Source: a bacterium (GTDB taxonomy: Bacteria; Patescibacteriota; Minisyncoccia; UBA6257; 2-01-FULL-56-20). Taken from it: a stretch of 58,920 bases of DNA. Where the stretch lies: contig DAIDAM010000014.1 of NCBI GenBank assembly GCA_027310625.1, positions 1 through 58,920 on the forward strand. The letters are read 5' to 3'. A program made the translations under genes and the position numbers. Below are positions 1 to 7,195 of this stretch, in pieces; the first letter of the stretch is position 1, and every line of letters begins with the position of its first letter. The notes beneath the pieces were generated by a model. It saw nothing but the letters and a program-made list of their open reading frames with translations, was not told where the DNA came from and made no database searches.

Positions 1-408
1 GACCTCATCGTTTTTGGGCCGGGCGACCTCTACACGAGCATTATCCCTAATCTTTTGGTTAAAAATGTTCCCCAAGCGATAAAAACAGCCAAGGCGAAAA
101 AAGTTTTTGTCATGAATCTGATGACAAAGTTCGGCGAAACACAGGGATTTTCGGCAAAAGATTTCGTGGGAAAAATCGAAAAATACCTCGGCAAAAATGT
201 TATTGATTACGTAATCGTAAACACCAAAAAACCGAAATCGGCGGTTTTAAAAAGATACAAAAAGGAAAAAGCGGAATTTGTGAATCCGGAGAAATTAAAC
301 GCAAAAGGCAAAAAACCGAAGTACATTTTTGCCGATTTGCTCGATTCCGACGGTCTCATCAGGCACAGCCAGAAAAAACTGGCCAAGGTTATCCTTTCGC
401 TTTTGTAA
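1..408 (+). CDS. YvcK/CofD-family (UPF0052) protein, C-terminal part; 5' end outside window
   Basis: Frame 1 is open from base 1 (DLIVFGPGDLYTSIIPNLLVKNV...), resembling the conserved GPGSLYTS..PNLL core of YvcK-like proteins. Stop TAA at 406-408. Confidence 0.6.
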   Translation, partial: DLIVFGPGDLYTSIIPNLLVKNVPQAIKTAKAKKVFVMNLMTKFGETQGFSAKDFVGKIEKYLGKNVIDYVIVNTKKPKSAVLKRYKKEKAEFVNPEKLNAKGKKPKYIFADLLDSDGLIRHSQKKLAKVILSLL

Positions 409-451
409 AACATCTCGCGTCTATACCCTAAACCCTATACCCCAAATCAAC

Positions 452-2350
452 ATGTGCGGCATCGTCGGTTACATAGGAAAGGAGGAAGCGCTTCCGGTTC
501 TCCTCGAGGGCATAAAAAATCTCGAGTACCGAGGATATGATTCCGCCGGTTTTGCAATTCTCGGTGAAGATGAAAAAGTCAGCGGCGAAAAAGCAGTGGG
601 GAAGATTTCCGCTCTTGCGGAAAAAGTCGGCGGCAGAAAATTCGGCGGGAAAACCGGAATAATCCACTCGCGCTGGGCAACGCACGGCGGCGTGACGGAA
701 GCAAACGCCCATCCGCACTCCGACTGCAAGGGCGTCATCTGGCTCGCGCACAACGGCATCGTCGAGAACTACAAAGAATTGAAAGACGAACTTAATAAAA
801 AAGGACATTCCTTCAAATCCGAAACGGACACGGAAGTAATCGCGCATCTTATAGAAGAGGAATTGAATCCCGTTAGAAGTCGCGCTCCCGCACAAGGCGG
901 GAGTCCTGAGGGGACCGCTGGCGCGGCTACTTCTAACGGGACGTTTTCTAACGCCGTGCGCAATGCGCTCAAAAAAATCAGGGGAACGTACGGCTTGGTT
1001 ATTTTGAAATCGGACGAACCGGACACTTTGGTTGCCGCGCGGAATTTCAGCCCGCTTCTCGTCGGTCTCGGCGAGGGCGAATACATCGTCGCTTCCGACG
1101 CCGCGGCGGTTTTGAAGCATGCGAAAAACGTTCTTTATCTGGACGACGGCGAGATGGCGGTTCTGACAAGAGACGGGCACAGAGTTTTTGATTTGGAAAT
1201 GAGAGAACGCGATAAGGAATCACAAGTCATTGACTGGTCGCCGGAGCGCGCGCAAAAGAATTGCTATCCGCATTTCATGCTCAAGGAAATTTTTGAAGGG
1301 CCGGAAGCGGTGGAGAATTCTGTCAGGGGACGGCTTGTTTTGGAAGAAGGGAATGCTAAGCTCGGGGGACTTGAAAAAGTTATGCCCGCTCTGAGAAACG
1401 CAAAAAGAATTTTGATTTCGGCGTGCGGCACTGCTTATCATGCCGGGCGCGTCGGCGAATATATGCTCGAAGAATACGGCGGGATTCCGGTTGAAACCGA
1501 CATCGCTTCCGAATTCCGCTACAGAAAACCGGTTTTCCGCGAGGGCGACGTGTTTCTGGCGATTTCGCAATCGGGAGAAACGGCGGACACGCTGGCGGCT
1601 TTGCGAGAAGCGAAAGAAAAAGGTGTGCCGGCGCTTGCGGTTGTCAACGTTGTCGGTTCCACAATCGCGCGCTATGCCGACGCCGGCGTTTATCAGCACA
1701 TCGGTCCTGAAATCGGGGTCGCTTCCACAAAAGCGTTCGTCTCACAAGTTTCCATTCTTGCTCTGCTTACATTGCTCATCGGCCGCCAGCGCGAGATGTC
1801 CGTTGTGATGGGCAGGCGCATCGCGAACGAGCTCACGAAAATTCCTGAATTGATGAGAAAAATTTTGAAACAAAGCGATAACGTAGCAACGCTTGCGCGC
1901 AAATACGGCAAATACGGCAACTTTTTGTATCTCGGGAGAAAATACAATCTGCCGGTGGCTTACGAAGGAGCGCTGAAGCTGAAAGAAATTTCCTATGTTC
2001 ATGCCGAAGGGTGCGGGGCGGGGGAGATGAAGCACGGCTCAATAGCGATGATAGACGAAAATTTCCCCTCCGTCTTCATCGCGCCGCAGGATTCGGTTTA
2101 TGAAAAAATGATTTCCAACATTGAGGAAATAAAAGCGCGGCGCGGTCTCGTAATTGCCGTCGCCACCGAGGGCGACAAAAAAATCGCCGACATCGCCGAT
2201 GATGTGATTTATATTCCGAAAACGCTTGAAATGCTCACGCCGCTTCTGTCCGTCGTGCCGCTGCAATTATTCGCGTATCACTTCGGCGTGCTTAGAGGAT
2301 TGGATGTTGACAAACCAAGAAATTTAGCCAAAAGCGTCACGGTAGAGTAA
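452..2350 (+). CDS. glmS: glutamine--fructose-6-phosphate aminotransferase
   Basis: ATG at 452 gives MCGIVGYIG (catalytic Cys2 of class II amidotransferases). Has SIS-domain motifs and the C-terminal KPRNLAKSVTVE. The ORF-track start at 329 overlaps the previous gene and is not the real start. Confidence 0.95.
   Translation: MCGIVGYIGKEEALPVLLEGIKNLEYRGYDSAGFAILGEDEKVSGEKAVGKISALAEKVGGRKFGGKTGIIHSRWATHGGVTEANAHPHSDCKGVIWLAHNGIVENYKELKDELNKKGHSFKSETDTEVIAHLIEEELNPVRSRAPAQGGSPEGTAGAATSNGTFSNAVRNALKKIRGTYGLVILKSDEPDTLVAARNFSPLLVGLGEGEYIVASDAAAVLKHAKNVLYLDDGEMAVLTRDGHRVFDLEMRERDKESQVIDWSPERAQKNCYPHFMLKEIFEGPEAVENSVRGRLVLEEGNAKLGGLEKVMPALRNAKRILISACGTAYHAGRVGEYMLEEYGGIPVETDIASEFRYRKPVFREGDVFLAISQSGETADTLAALREAKEKGVPALAVVNVVGSTIARYADAGVYQHIGPEIGVASTKAFVSQVSILALLTLLIGRQREMSVVMGRRIANELTKIPELMRKILKQSDNVATLARKYGKYGNFLYLGRKYNLPVAYEGALKLKEISYVHAEGCGAGEMKHGSIAMIDENFPSVFIAPQDSVYEKMISNIEEIKARRGLVIAVATEGDKKIADIADDVIYIPKTLEMLTPLLSVVPLQLFAYHFGVLRGLDVDKPRNLAKSVTVE
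869..940. repeat. 72-bp inverted-repeat element inserted in frame in glmS
   Basis: Termini are CCCGTTAGAAG (869-879) and CTTCTAACGGG (930-940), with an internal hairpin ctcccgc/gcgggag. It encodes PVRSRAPAQGGSPEGTAGAATSNG within an otherwise conserved GlmS region. Confidence 0.7.
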
Positions 2351-2577
2351 TTTGTGATTGTTCCTCTATGTTAGAATTTTAATAATGGGAAAACTTGTCG
2401 TCGCCAACTGTCCCACAACTCCTCGCGAAGCGAAGCTAAGTGATTGGAGTTGGCGCGATCCCGCGTATCTCCGAATAAAGACATTCAAACATTTCCATCG
2501 CGAGGAGAACGGGATCCACGCCAATCTAACCTCATCGCTACGCTTTTCGGAGATTGGCGGGAGAAGATGAATCCTTC

Positions 2578-3375
2578 ATGTTGAACAAAAAGCTCATAGT
2601 GGCGAATTGGAAGATGAATCCCGAATCCGTGACCGACGCGATTTCGCTCGCGAAGGAGACGGAAAAGGGGATTCCGAAAAGTTTGAAAGCGGAGGTCGTT
2701 ATCGCTCCGCCGTTTCCGTTTTTGGCAGCGGCGAAGAAAGTGATTAAGCGCGCGGAACTCGGGGCGCAGGATGATTTTTGGGAATTCAAAGGAGCGAGAA
2801 CGGGAGAAGTTTCGCCGACGATGCTCAAAAACTCCGGCGTAAAATATGTTATCGTCGGTCACTCGGAACGACGCGCGCTCGGCGAAACCGATGAGATGAT
2901 AAATAAAAAAATCGAAGCGACGCTGAAAGCGGGATTGAAACCGATTCTTTGCGTCGGCGAGCCATCAGAGCGCGGACTAACGCGGACTCTACGCGGATTT
3001 ACGCGGAATTATGAGATGGCGAAAAATTACATACGAAATCAATTGGAAAAGGATTTGAAAAACATTTCGAACCTCAAACGTCGAACCTCGAACATTATTG
3101 TCGCCTATGAGCCGATTTGGGCAATCGGCACCGGAAAGCCCGATAAACCGGAAGATTCGCTGGAAATGATTCGGTTCATTAAAGGGATATTGAGTTCGAA
3201 GTTCGGAGTTCGAAGTTCGATTGTTCTCTACGGCGGGTCTGTTAATTCACAAAACGCGCGGAGTTTTCTACAATACAAAGAGATAGACGGCGCTTTGGTC
3301 GGCGGCGCCAGCTTGAATGCAAAGGAATTCTCTAAAATAGTAGTAATCGTGAACAATGCGAATGCTGTAAAATAA
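2578..3375 (+). CDS. tpiA: triosephosphate isomerase
   Basis: MLNKKLIVANWKMN start, plus the IVGHSERR and YEPIWAIGTG motifs. The track start at 2554 (TTG) is also possible. Confidence 0.9.
   Translation: MLNKKLIVANWKMNPESVTDAISLAKETEKGIPKSLKAEVVIAPPFPFLAAAKKVIKRAELGAQDDFWEFKGARTGEVSPTMLKNSGVKYVIVGHSERRALGETDEMINKKIEATLKAGLKPILCVGEPSERGLTRTLRGFTRNYEMAKNYIRNQLEKDLKNISNLKRRTSNIIVAYEPIWAIGTGKPDKPEDSLEMIRFIKGILSSKFGVRSSIVLYGGSVNSQNARSFLQYKEIDGALVGGASLNAKEFSKIVVIVNNANAVK
2970..3010. repeat. Four tandem degenerate 10-mers (cgcggacNNN) inside tpiA
   Basis: Sequence is gcgcggactaacgcggactctacgcggatttacgcggaatt, translated as ERGLTRTLRGFTRN. Confidence 0.6.
3064..3096. repeat. ttcgaac/tcgaacc word repeat inside tpiA
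   Basis: Sequence is atttcgaacctcaaacgtcgaacctcgaacatt. It belongs to the same word family as 3192-3224, 11941-12000, 25526-25557 and 37699-37726. Confidence 0.55.
3192..3224. repeat. gttcgaa/gttcgga word repeat inside tpiA
   Basis: Sequence is gagttcgaagttcggagttcgaagttcgattg, translated as SSKFGVRSSI. Confidence 0.55.
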
Positions 3376-3393
3376 TGCGAATAGAACAAAAAA

Positions 3394-3429
3394 ATTCGTA
3401 TATTCGTACAAATTCGTAATTTCGTAACC
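3394..3429. repeat. ttcgta word repeat (intergenic)
   Basis: Sequence is attcgtatattcgtacaaattcgtaatttcgtaacc. It belongs to the same family as 5225-5295. Confidence 0.55.
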
Positions 3430-3432
3430 ATT

Positions 3433-4182
3433 ATGGAAAACAATTACAAAAATTATTTCTGGATTTTGCTCGATATTTTAATAGCGGGAATCGTCGTGAA
3501 TCTTATCTTTTTCGTTATGCCGACGATACAAAGGTTCGGCGATTCGCTGACGCCGGCGCGAACGCTGACCGTAACCGCCGAGGGCAAAACCACCGTTTCT
3601 CCGGATGTCGCCGAAGTTTCGTTTTCGGTTGTTTCGCAGGGAACGAATTCTGAAACCCTCGCCTCCGAAAACAACGACAAGATGTCGGCTGTTGTGGAAA
3701 ATATAAAATCGAACGGCGTTGACGCCAAGGACATCAAAACAACCGGCTATGACCTGCAGCCGAGATACAGCTACGACAAAAACACCGGCAAAAGTTATAT
3801 CTACGGCTACACTTTGACACAAACGGTTTTCGTGAAGGTGAGAGACCTGACGAAAGTCGCGAAAGTCATCGGCGGCGTGACGCCGCTCGGCATCAATCAA
3901 ATCGGAGGCATTTCTTTCGTGGTTGACGACCCTGAAAAAGTTTTGGGCGCGGCGCGCGACGACGCCTTCAAAAAAGCGAAGGCAAAAGCCGAGGAGATAG
4001 CGAAGTCAAGCGGAGTCAGAATAGGAGAAGTTGTGAGCGTGAGCGAGTATCAAAATACGCCGATTCCTTATTTCGCGGAGCGCGCGGCCGTAGGCGGGGC
4101 GGGGGCGGCGTCGGTTCCGACCATTGAGCCCGGAACGCAGGAACTGAAAGTCAACATTACTATCACTTACTCGATAAAATAA
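3433..4182 (+). CDS. SIMPL/DUF541-family protein with N-terminal membrane anchor
   Basis: N-terminal hydrophobic helix, then LTVTAEGKTTVSPDVAEVSFSV and GYDLQPRYSYD, which are typical of SIMPL (YggE-like) proteins. Confidence 0.65.
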   Translation: MENNYKNYFWILLDILIAGIVVNLIFFVMPTIQRFGDSLTPARTLTVTAEGKTTVSPDVAEVSFSVVSQGTNSETLASENNDKMSAVVENIKSNGVDAKDIKTTGYDLQPRYSYDKNTGKSYIYGYTLTQTVFVKVRDLTKVAKVIGGVTPLGINQIGGISFVVDDPEKVLGAARDDAFKKAKAKAEEIAKSSGVRIGEVVSVSEYQNTPIPYFAERAAVGGAGAASVPTIEPGTQELKVNITITYSIK

Positions 4183-4214
4183 ATCGATTCAATTTCATTC
4201 GCCGCACAGTATAA

Positions 4215-4838
4215 ATGACCAGAAAAGATTTATTTCTCTCGCTTCTTATAGGCGGTTTGGTCGGGCTTTTGTTTCAGCCGATAATTTCCAACTTTTCGGC
4301 TGGCATATCGGTTTTGGCGAATATTCCGCTGATTCAACTCCGCGTTGCGATATTTTTTGTTTTTCTCATCGGCGCTCCGGCCGCCCTTTCCGTTTTTTAT
4401 TTCTTCAGCCGATTTATTCCCGTTCTTTATCAATTCGCGAAATTTGCCTCCGTCGGCGTTCTTAACACCACCATTGACTTGGGCGTTTTCAACCTTGAAA
4501 CGTTTTTGTACAGCGGTTTACCCTCAGGATTTGTATTCGCTTTTTTCAAAGCTGTTTCTTTCGTTGTTTCCACGACAAACAGCTTTATTTGGAACAAGTA
4601 CTGGACGTTTGGGGCAAATGCGGCTCCGCAGGCAGGTGAAGTGCTTAAGTTTTATACCATCGCGATTATCGGCGGATTTTTGAACGTCGGCGTGGCGACA
4701 GCCGTCCGCGGGATGAATTTCGGCTTCGTTTCGGAAAACGTTTTGGTGAATCTTCTCGCGCCGATTGCCGGAATACTCGCGACTTTCCTTTGGAATTTTA
4801 TGGGGTATAAGTATGTGGTGTTCAAAAGATTTGACTAA
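4215..4838 (+). CDS. GtrA-family membrane protein
   Basis: Multi-pass hydrophobic protein with FAKFASVGVLNTTIDLGVFN and WNKYWTF, which are GtrA-like signatures. Confidence 0.7.
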   Translation: MTRKDLFLSLLIGGLVGLLFQPIISNFSAGISVLANIPLIQLRVAIFFVFLIGAPAALSVFYFFSRFIPVLYQFAKFASVGVLNTTIDLGVFNLETFLYSGLPSGFVFAFFKAVSFVVSTTNSFIWNKYWTFGANAAPQAGEVLKFYTIAIIGGFLNVGVATAVRGMNFGFVSENVLVNLLAPIAGILATFLWNFMGYKYVVFKRFD

Positions 4839-4851
4839 TTGGGGCTTCATC

Positions 4852-4860
4852 TGCTATAAT
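4852..4860 (+). promoter_or_regulatory. Extended -10 box TGCTATAAT
   Basis: Exact TGnTATAAT immediately after the gtrA stop and ahead of a highly structured 350-nt non-coding stretch. Confidence 0.35.
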
Positions 4861-4866
4861 GCCCGC

Positions 4867-5217
4867 GAATGAGTGTGAGTCCCGTAAGATGCTTTGCACT
4901 TACGGGATGAGTATGCCTCAACGATGATATCGACTGAGGCATGCCCTTCGGTTATGTTTGGCCTGCCCCGACTTCGGTCGGGGTTTGGTTTTAAAAAGGC
5001 AAATATTTTTCACAACACGCGTCGCTCATCCTGCGACTCGCTCGCTCTAGTCCTCGCCGATTGGTCGCCCAAGGCGACACCGTGCCAATCGGCTGCGGAG
5101 GTTGCTCAAGATATTTGCTTTTTTGAACTTTACGCTTGAGTATCCTATTATAGTTTTGGGCGGCCGAAGCGCACTCATTTAAACAAACATAACATTAAGG
5201 AGGTCACCTCGGCCGCT
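4867..5217 (+). other. Highly structured non-coding region (stacked hairpins); either an unassigned ncRNA or a pile-up of palindromic elements
   Basis: Hairpins: cccgtaag/cttacggg (4880-4906), tgcctca/tgaggca (4914-4941), ccccgac-ttcg-gtcgggg plus a T-run (4964-4992), gcaaatat/atatttgc enclosing gccgattgg...ccaatcggc (4999-5118), and gcggccga/tcggccgc (5159-5217). Confidence 0.4.
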
Positions 5218-5224
5218 CAATGAA

Positions 5225-5295
5225 GGTTACGAATTTACGAATCGTTACAGATATACGAATTCGTACATTCGTAAAAATCTGTAAATTCGTAACCC
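5225..5295. repeat. ttcgta/tacgaa word repeat with inverted ends GGTTACGAA...TTCGTAACC
   Basis: Sequence is ggttacgaatttacgaatcgttacagatatacgaattcgtacattcgtaaaaatctgtaaattcgtaacc, directly upstream of murB. Confidence 0.55.
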
Positions 5296-5301
5296 ACATT
5301 C

Positions 5302-6306
5302 ATGTTCCAAGAAAACGTTCCGCTCGCGGGATTTTCAAGCTACAAAATAGGCGGGCCGGCCCGCTATTTTTTTGAGGCGAAAAATATCGAGGAACTTAAA
5401 CGCGCCGTCGAAAAAGCGGGAAAAGAAAATTTGAAAATTTTCATCCTCGGCGGAGGAACAAACGTTCTCTTCGGCGACGAAGGATTCGACGGCCTGGTTT
5501 TGAGACCGGCCTTCGGTTTTATGAAACGCTCCGACGGCAAGGTGTCCGCCGGCGCGGGAGTTTTGATGTCCGATCTCGTGAACTTTGCGATTGAAAACGA
5601 GCTCGGCGGTCTTGAATGGGCGGGTGGCTTGCCGGGGACGCTCGGCGGCGCGATAAGGGGCAATGCCGGCGCTTTCAAGGGAGAAATAAAAGACGTCATT
5701 GAAAGCGTGAAAAGTTTTGACATTCGAACCCTCAACGAAATTGAAAGAAATTTTCAGGAATGTTGTTTCGGATATCGTTCAAGCGTTTTTAAAAACGATT
5801 CCGGAAAAGAAATAATAGTTTCCGCCGTTCTGAATTTTTCCAAGGGAGACAAAAATGAGATAAAAAAGAGCGTTGAAGAAAAAATTTCTTACAGGAAAGA
5901 GCGGCACCCGATGGAAAGCCCGAATGTGGGAAGCATTTTCAAAAACATTCCCGTTTCGCAGATTGACGCGGACATAGAACAGATTGATGCAGATACTATC
6001 CGCGTAAATCCCCGCCTCCGCCCGGCTTCGGACGGGCAGGCGCGCAGCAGTCCGCGATTATCCGCGTTCACCGCGCCGGTGAAGAGCGACCCCTTTCCCG
6101 TGGTTCCCGCAGCTTTCATAATTTCTGAAGCGGGACTGAAAGGAGTAAGGTCGGGTAACGCGATGGTTTCGCCGAAGCATCCGAACTTCATCGTCAATAC
6201 GCTTGATGCGAAGGCGTCGGACGTGAAAAACCTTATAAATCTTGTGAAAAACGAGGTTAAAAAGAAATTTGGGATAGAACTGGAGGAAGAAATAATTTTT
6301 GCTTAA
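5302..6306 (+). CDS. murB: UDP-N-acetylenolpyruvoylglucosamine reductase
   Basis: FAD-binding N-terminal region (YKIGGPARYFFE, ILGGGTNVLF), then GSIFKN and SPKHPNFIVN. It carries a ~40-aa insert at about 5958-6080. Confidence 0.9.
   Translation: MFQENVPLAGFSSYKIGGPARYFFEAKNIEELKRAVEKAGKENLKIFILGGGTNVLFGDEGFDGLVLRPAFGFMKRSDGKVSAGAGVLMSDLVNFAIENELGGLEWAGGLPGTLGGAIRGNAGAFKGEIKDVIESVKSFDIRTLNEIERNFQECCFGYRSSVFKNDSGKEIIVSAVLNFSKGDKNEIKKSVEEKISYRKERHPMESPNVGSIFKNIPVSQIDADIEQIDADTIRVNPRLRPASDGQARSSPRLSAFTAPVKSDPFPVVPAAFIISEAGLKGVRSGNAMVSPKHPNFIVNTLDAKASDVKNLINLVKNEVKKKFGIELEEEIIFA
5958..6080. repeat. Composite insert in murB (tccgcg-word repeats plus GC hairpin)
   Basis: Contains cagattgacgcggac...cagattgatgcagat, atccgcgtaaatcc, the hairpin cccggcttcggacggg, and gtccgcgattatccgcgttcac. 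It encodes IDADIEQIDADTIRVNPRLRPASDGQARSSPRLSAFTAP. Boundaries are approximate. Confidence 0.55.
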
Positions 6307-6366
6307 AGAATTTTTTTCGGCGGTGAAAGTTATCCACAGCTTCCGTGAAATTTTCAGAAATTGATT

Positions 6367-6375
6367 TGTTATAAT
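6367..6375 (+). promoter_or_regulatory. Extended -10 box TGTTATAAT
   Basis: Exact TGnTATAAT about 105 nt upstream of the mini-ORF at 6480. Confidence 0.35.
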
Positions 6376-6479
6376 TTAAGTGAAATAAATTTTCGGGCAT
6401 CAGCGGTCGGGTGAGCTCGCTTGCAAAAAAATTTAAGCGGGCAAAGGTCGAGAAGCCCCAAAATTTCGCCTTATAACAA

Positions 6480-6533
6480 ATGGCAAAAAGAAGAAAGGCC
6501 AAGAAAGCTAAGAAAGCAAGGAGGAGAAGATAG
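6480..6533 (+). CDS. 17-aa extremely basic peptide (MAKRRKAKKAKKARRRR), hypothetical
   Basis: ATG to TAG, followed 20 nt later by a strong intrinsic terminator. It lies just upstream of hpf. There is no clear Shine-Dalgarno site. Confidence 0.3.
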   Translation: MAKRRKAKKAKKARRRR

Positions 6534-6552
6534 GTTTCTTTTCTTTGAGTCG

Positions 6553-6616
6553 CCCCGCCTAACCCTTTGTATCGGCTGTTGAGTTTCCGGCAGGAAGGTT
6601 AGGCGGGGTTTTTGTT
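6553..6616 (+). terminator. Intrinsic terminator
   Basis: Stem ccccgcctaacc (6553-6564) pairs with ggttaggcgggg (6597-6608) and is followed by tttttgtttg. Confidence 0.6.
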
Positions 6617-6667
6617 TGAAATTATTGCCTTTCGGCTGGCGCGGGGGTAAACTTAAGGCCGATTCAT

Positions 6668-6781
6668 CCCGTTAGAAGCAACTATCATGATTACAAGACA
6701 TATTCCACAATTTGCGCAAATGGTCGTTATGCTTGAAATGGCGTGTGTTACGACCGCCCAAGGCGGCCTGCTTCTAACGGG
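6668..6781. repeat. 114-bp element with the same termini as the glmS insert (CCCGTTAGAAG...CTTCTAACGGG)
   Basis: The terminal 11-mers are identical to those at 869-879 and 930-940. The interior differs and contains ccgcccaaggcgg. The element ends 1 nt before the hpf ATG. Confidence 0.65.
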
Positions 6782-7165
6782 ATGAAAATAACAATAGAAT
6801 CGTCCGGAATCGACTTAACGCCCTCGCTCAAAATTTACATTGAAAACAAGCTCGGGACTCTATCTAAAATAATAGAAAAGTTGGAAGGGGGAAAAAGCGA
6901 AGCGGAAATAGTGGCAGAGGTTTCACGGACTACGAAACATCATCATAAAGGGTTTATTTTCCGCGCGGAAGGAAATTTGAAATTCGGCAAAACCCTTCTT
7001 CGCGCGGAGGCGAACGGGGAAGACGTTCGCGCCGCTGTGGATTTTTTGAAAGACGAGTTGAAAAGAGAGATTGTGAATTTCAAGGAGCGATTTTCCGCGT
7101 TGTCCAGGCGAAAAGAGCGCTCGGCGAAAAAAGACATCCGTCTTTCGAAAGAAGCCCGTTTCTAG
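6782..7165 (+). CDS. hpf: ribosome hibernation promoting factor / RaiA (S30AE family)
   Basis: MKITIESSGIDLTPSLKIYIENKLGTL...AEANGEDVRAAVDFLKDELKREI matches the S30AE pattern. The track start at 6743 lies inside the repeat element. Confidence 0.8.
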   Translation: MKITIESSGIDLTPSLKIYIENKLGTLSKIIEKLEGGKSEAEIVAEVSRTTKHHHKGFIFRAEGNLKFGKTLLRAEANGEDVRAAVDFLKDELKREIVNFKERFSALSRRKERSAKKDIRLSKEARF

Positions 7166-7195
7166 CGCATAAATTTTAATTTATCTGTTTTTTCA

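Noticed and set aside
4841-5215. Possible tmRNA. The region begins GGGGCTTC, and an ORF in it ends ..FFELYA-stop, which loosely resembles a tag peptide.
   Set aside because: There is no tRNA-like 3' end: no GGTTCGA-type T-arm, no acceptor pairing with the GGGG start and no CCA context. The tag-like ORF lacks an Ala resume-codon context. The -10 box at 4852 would also place the transcription start after the GGGG.
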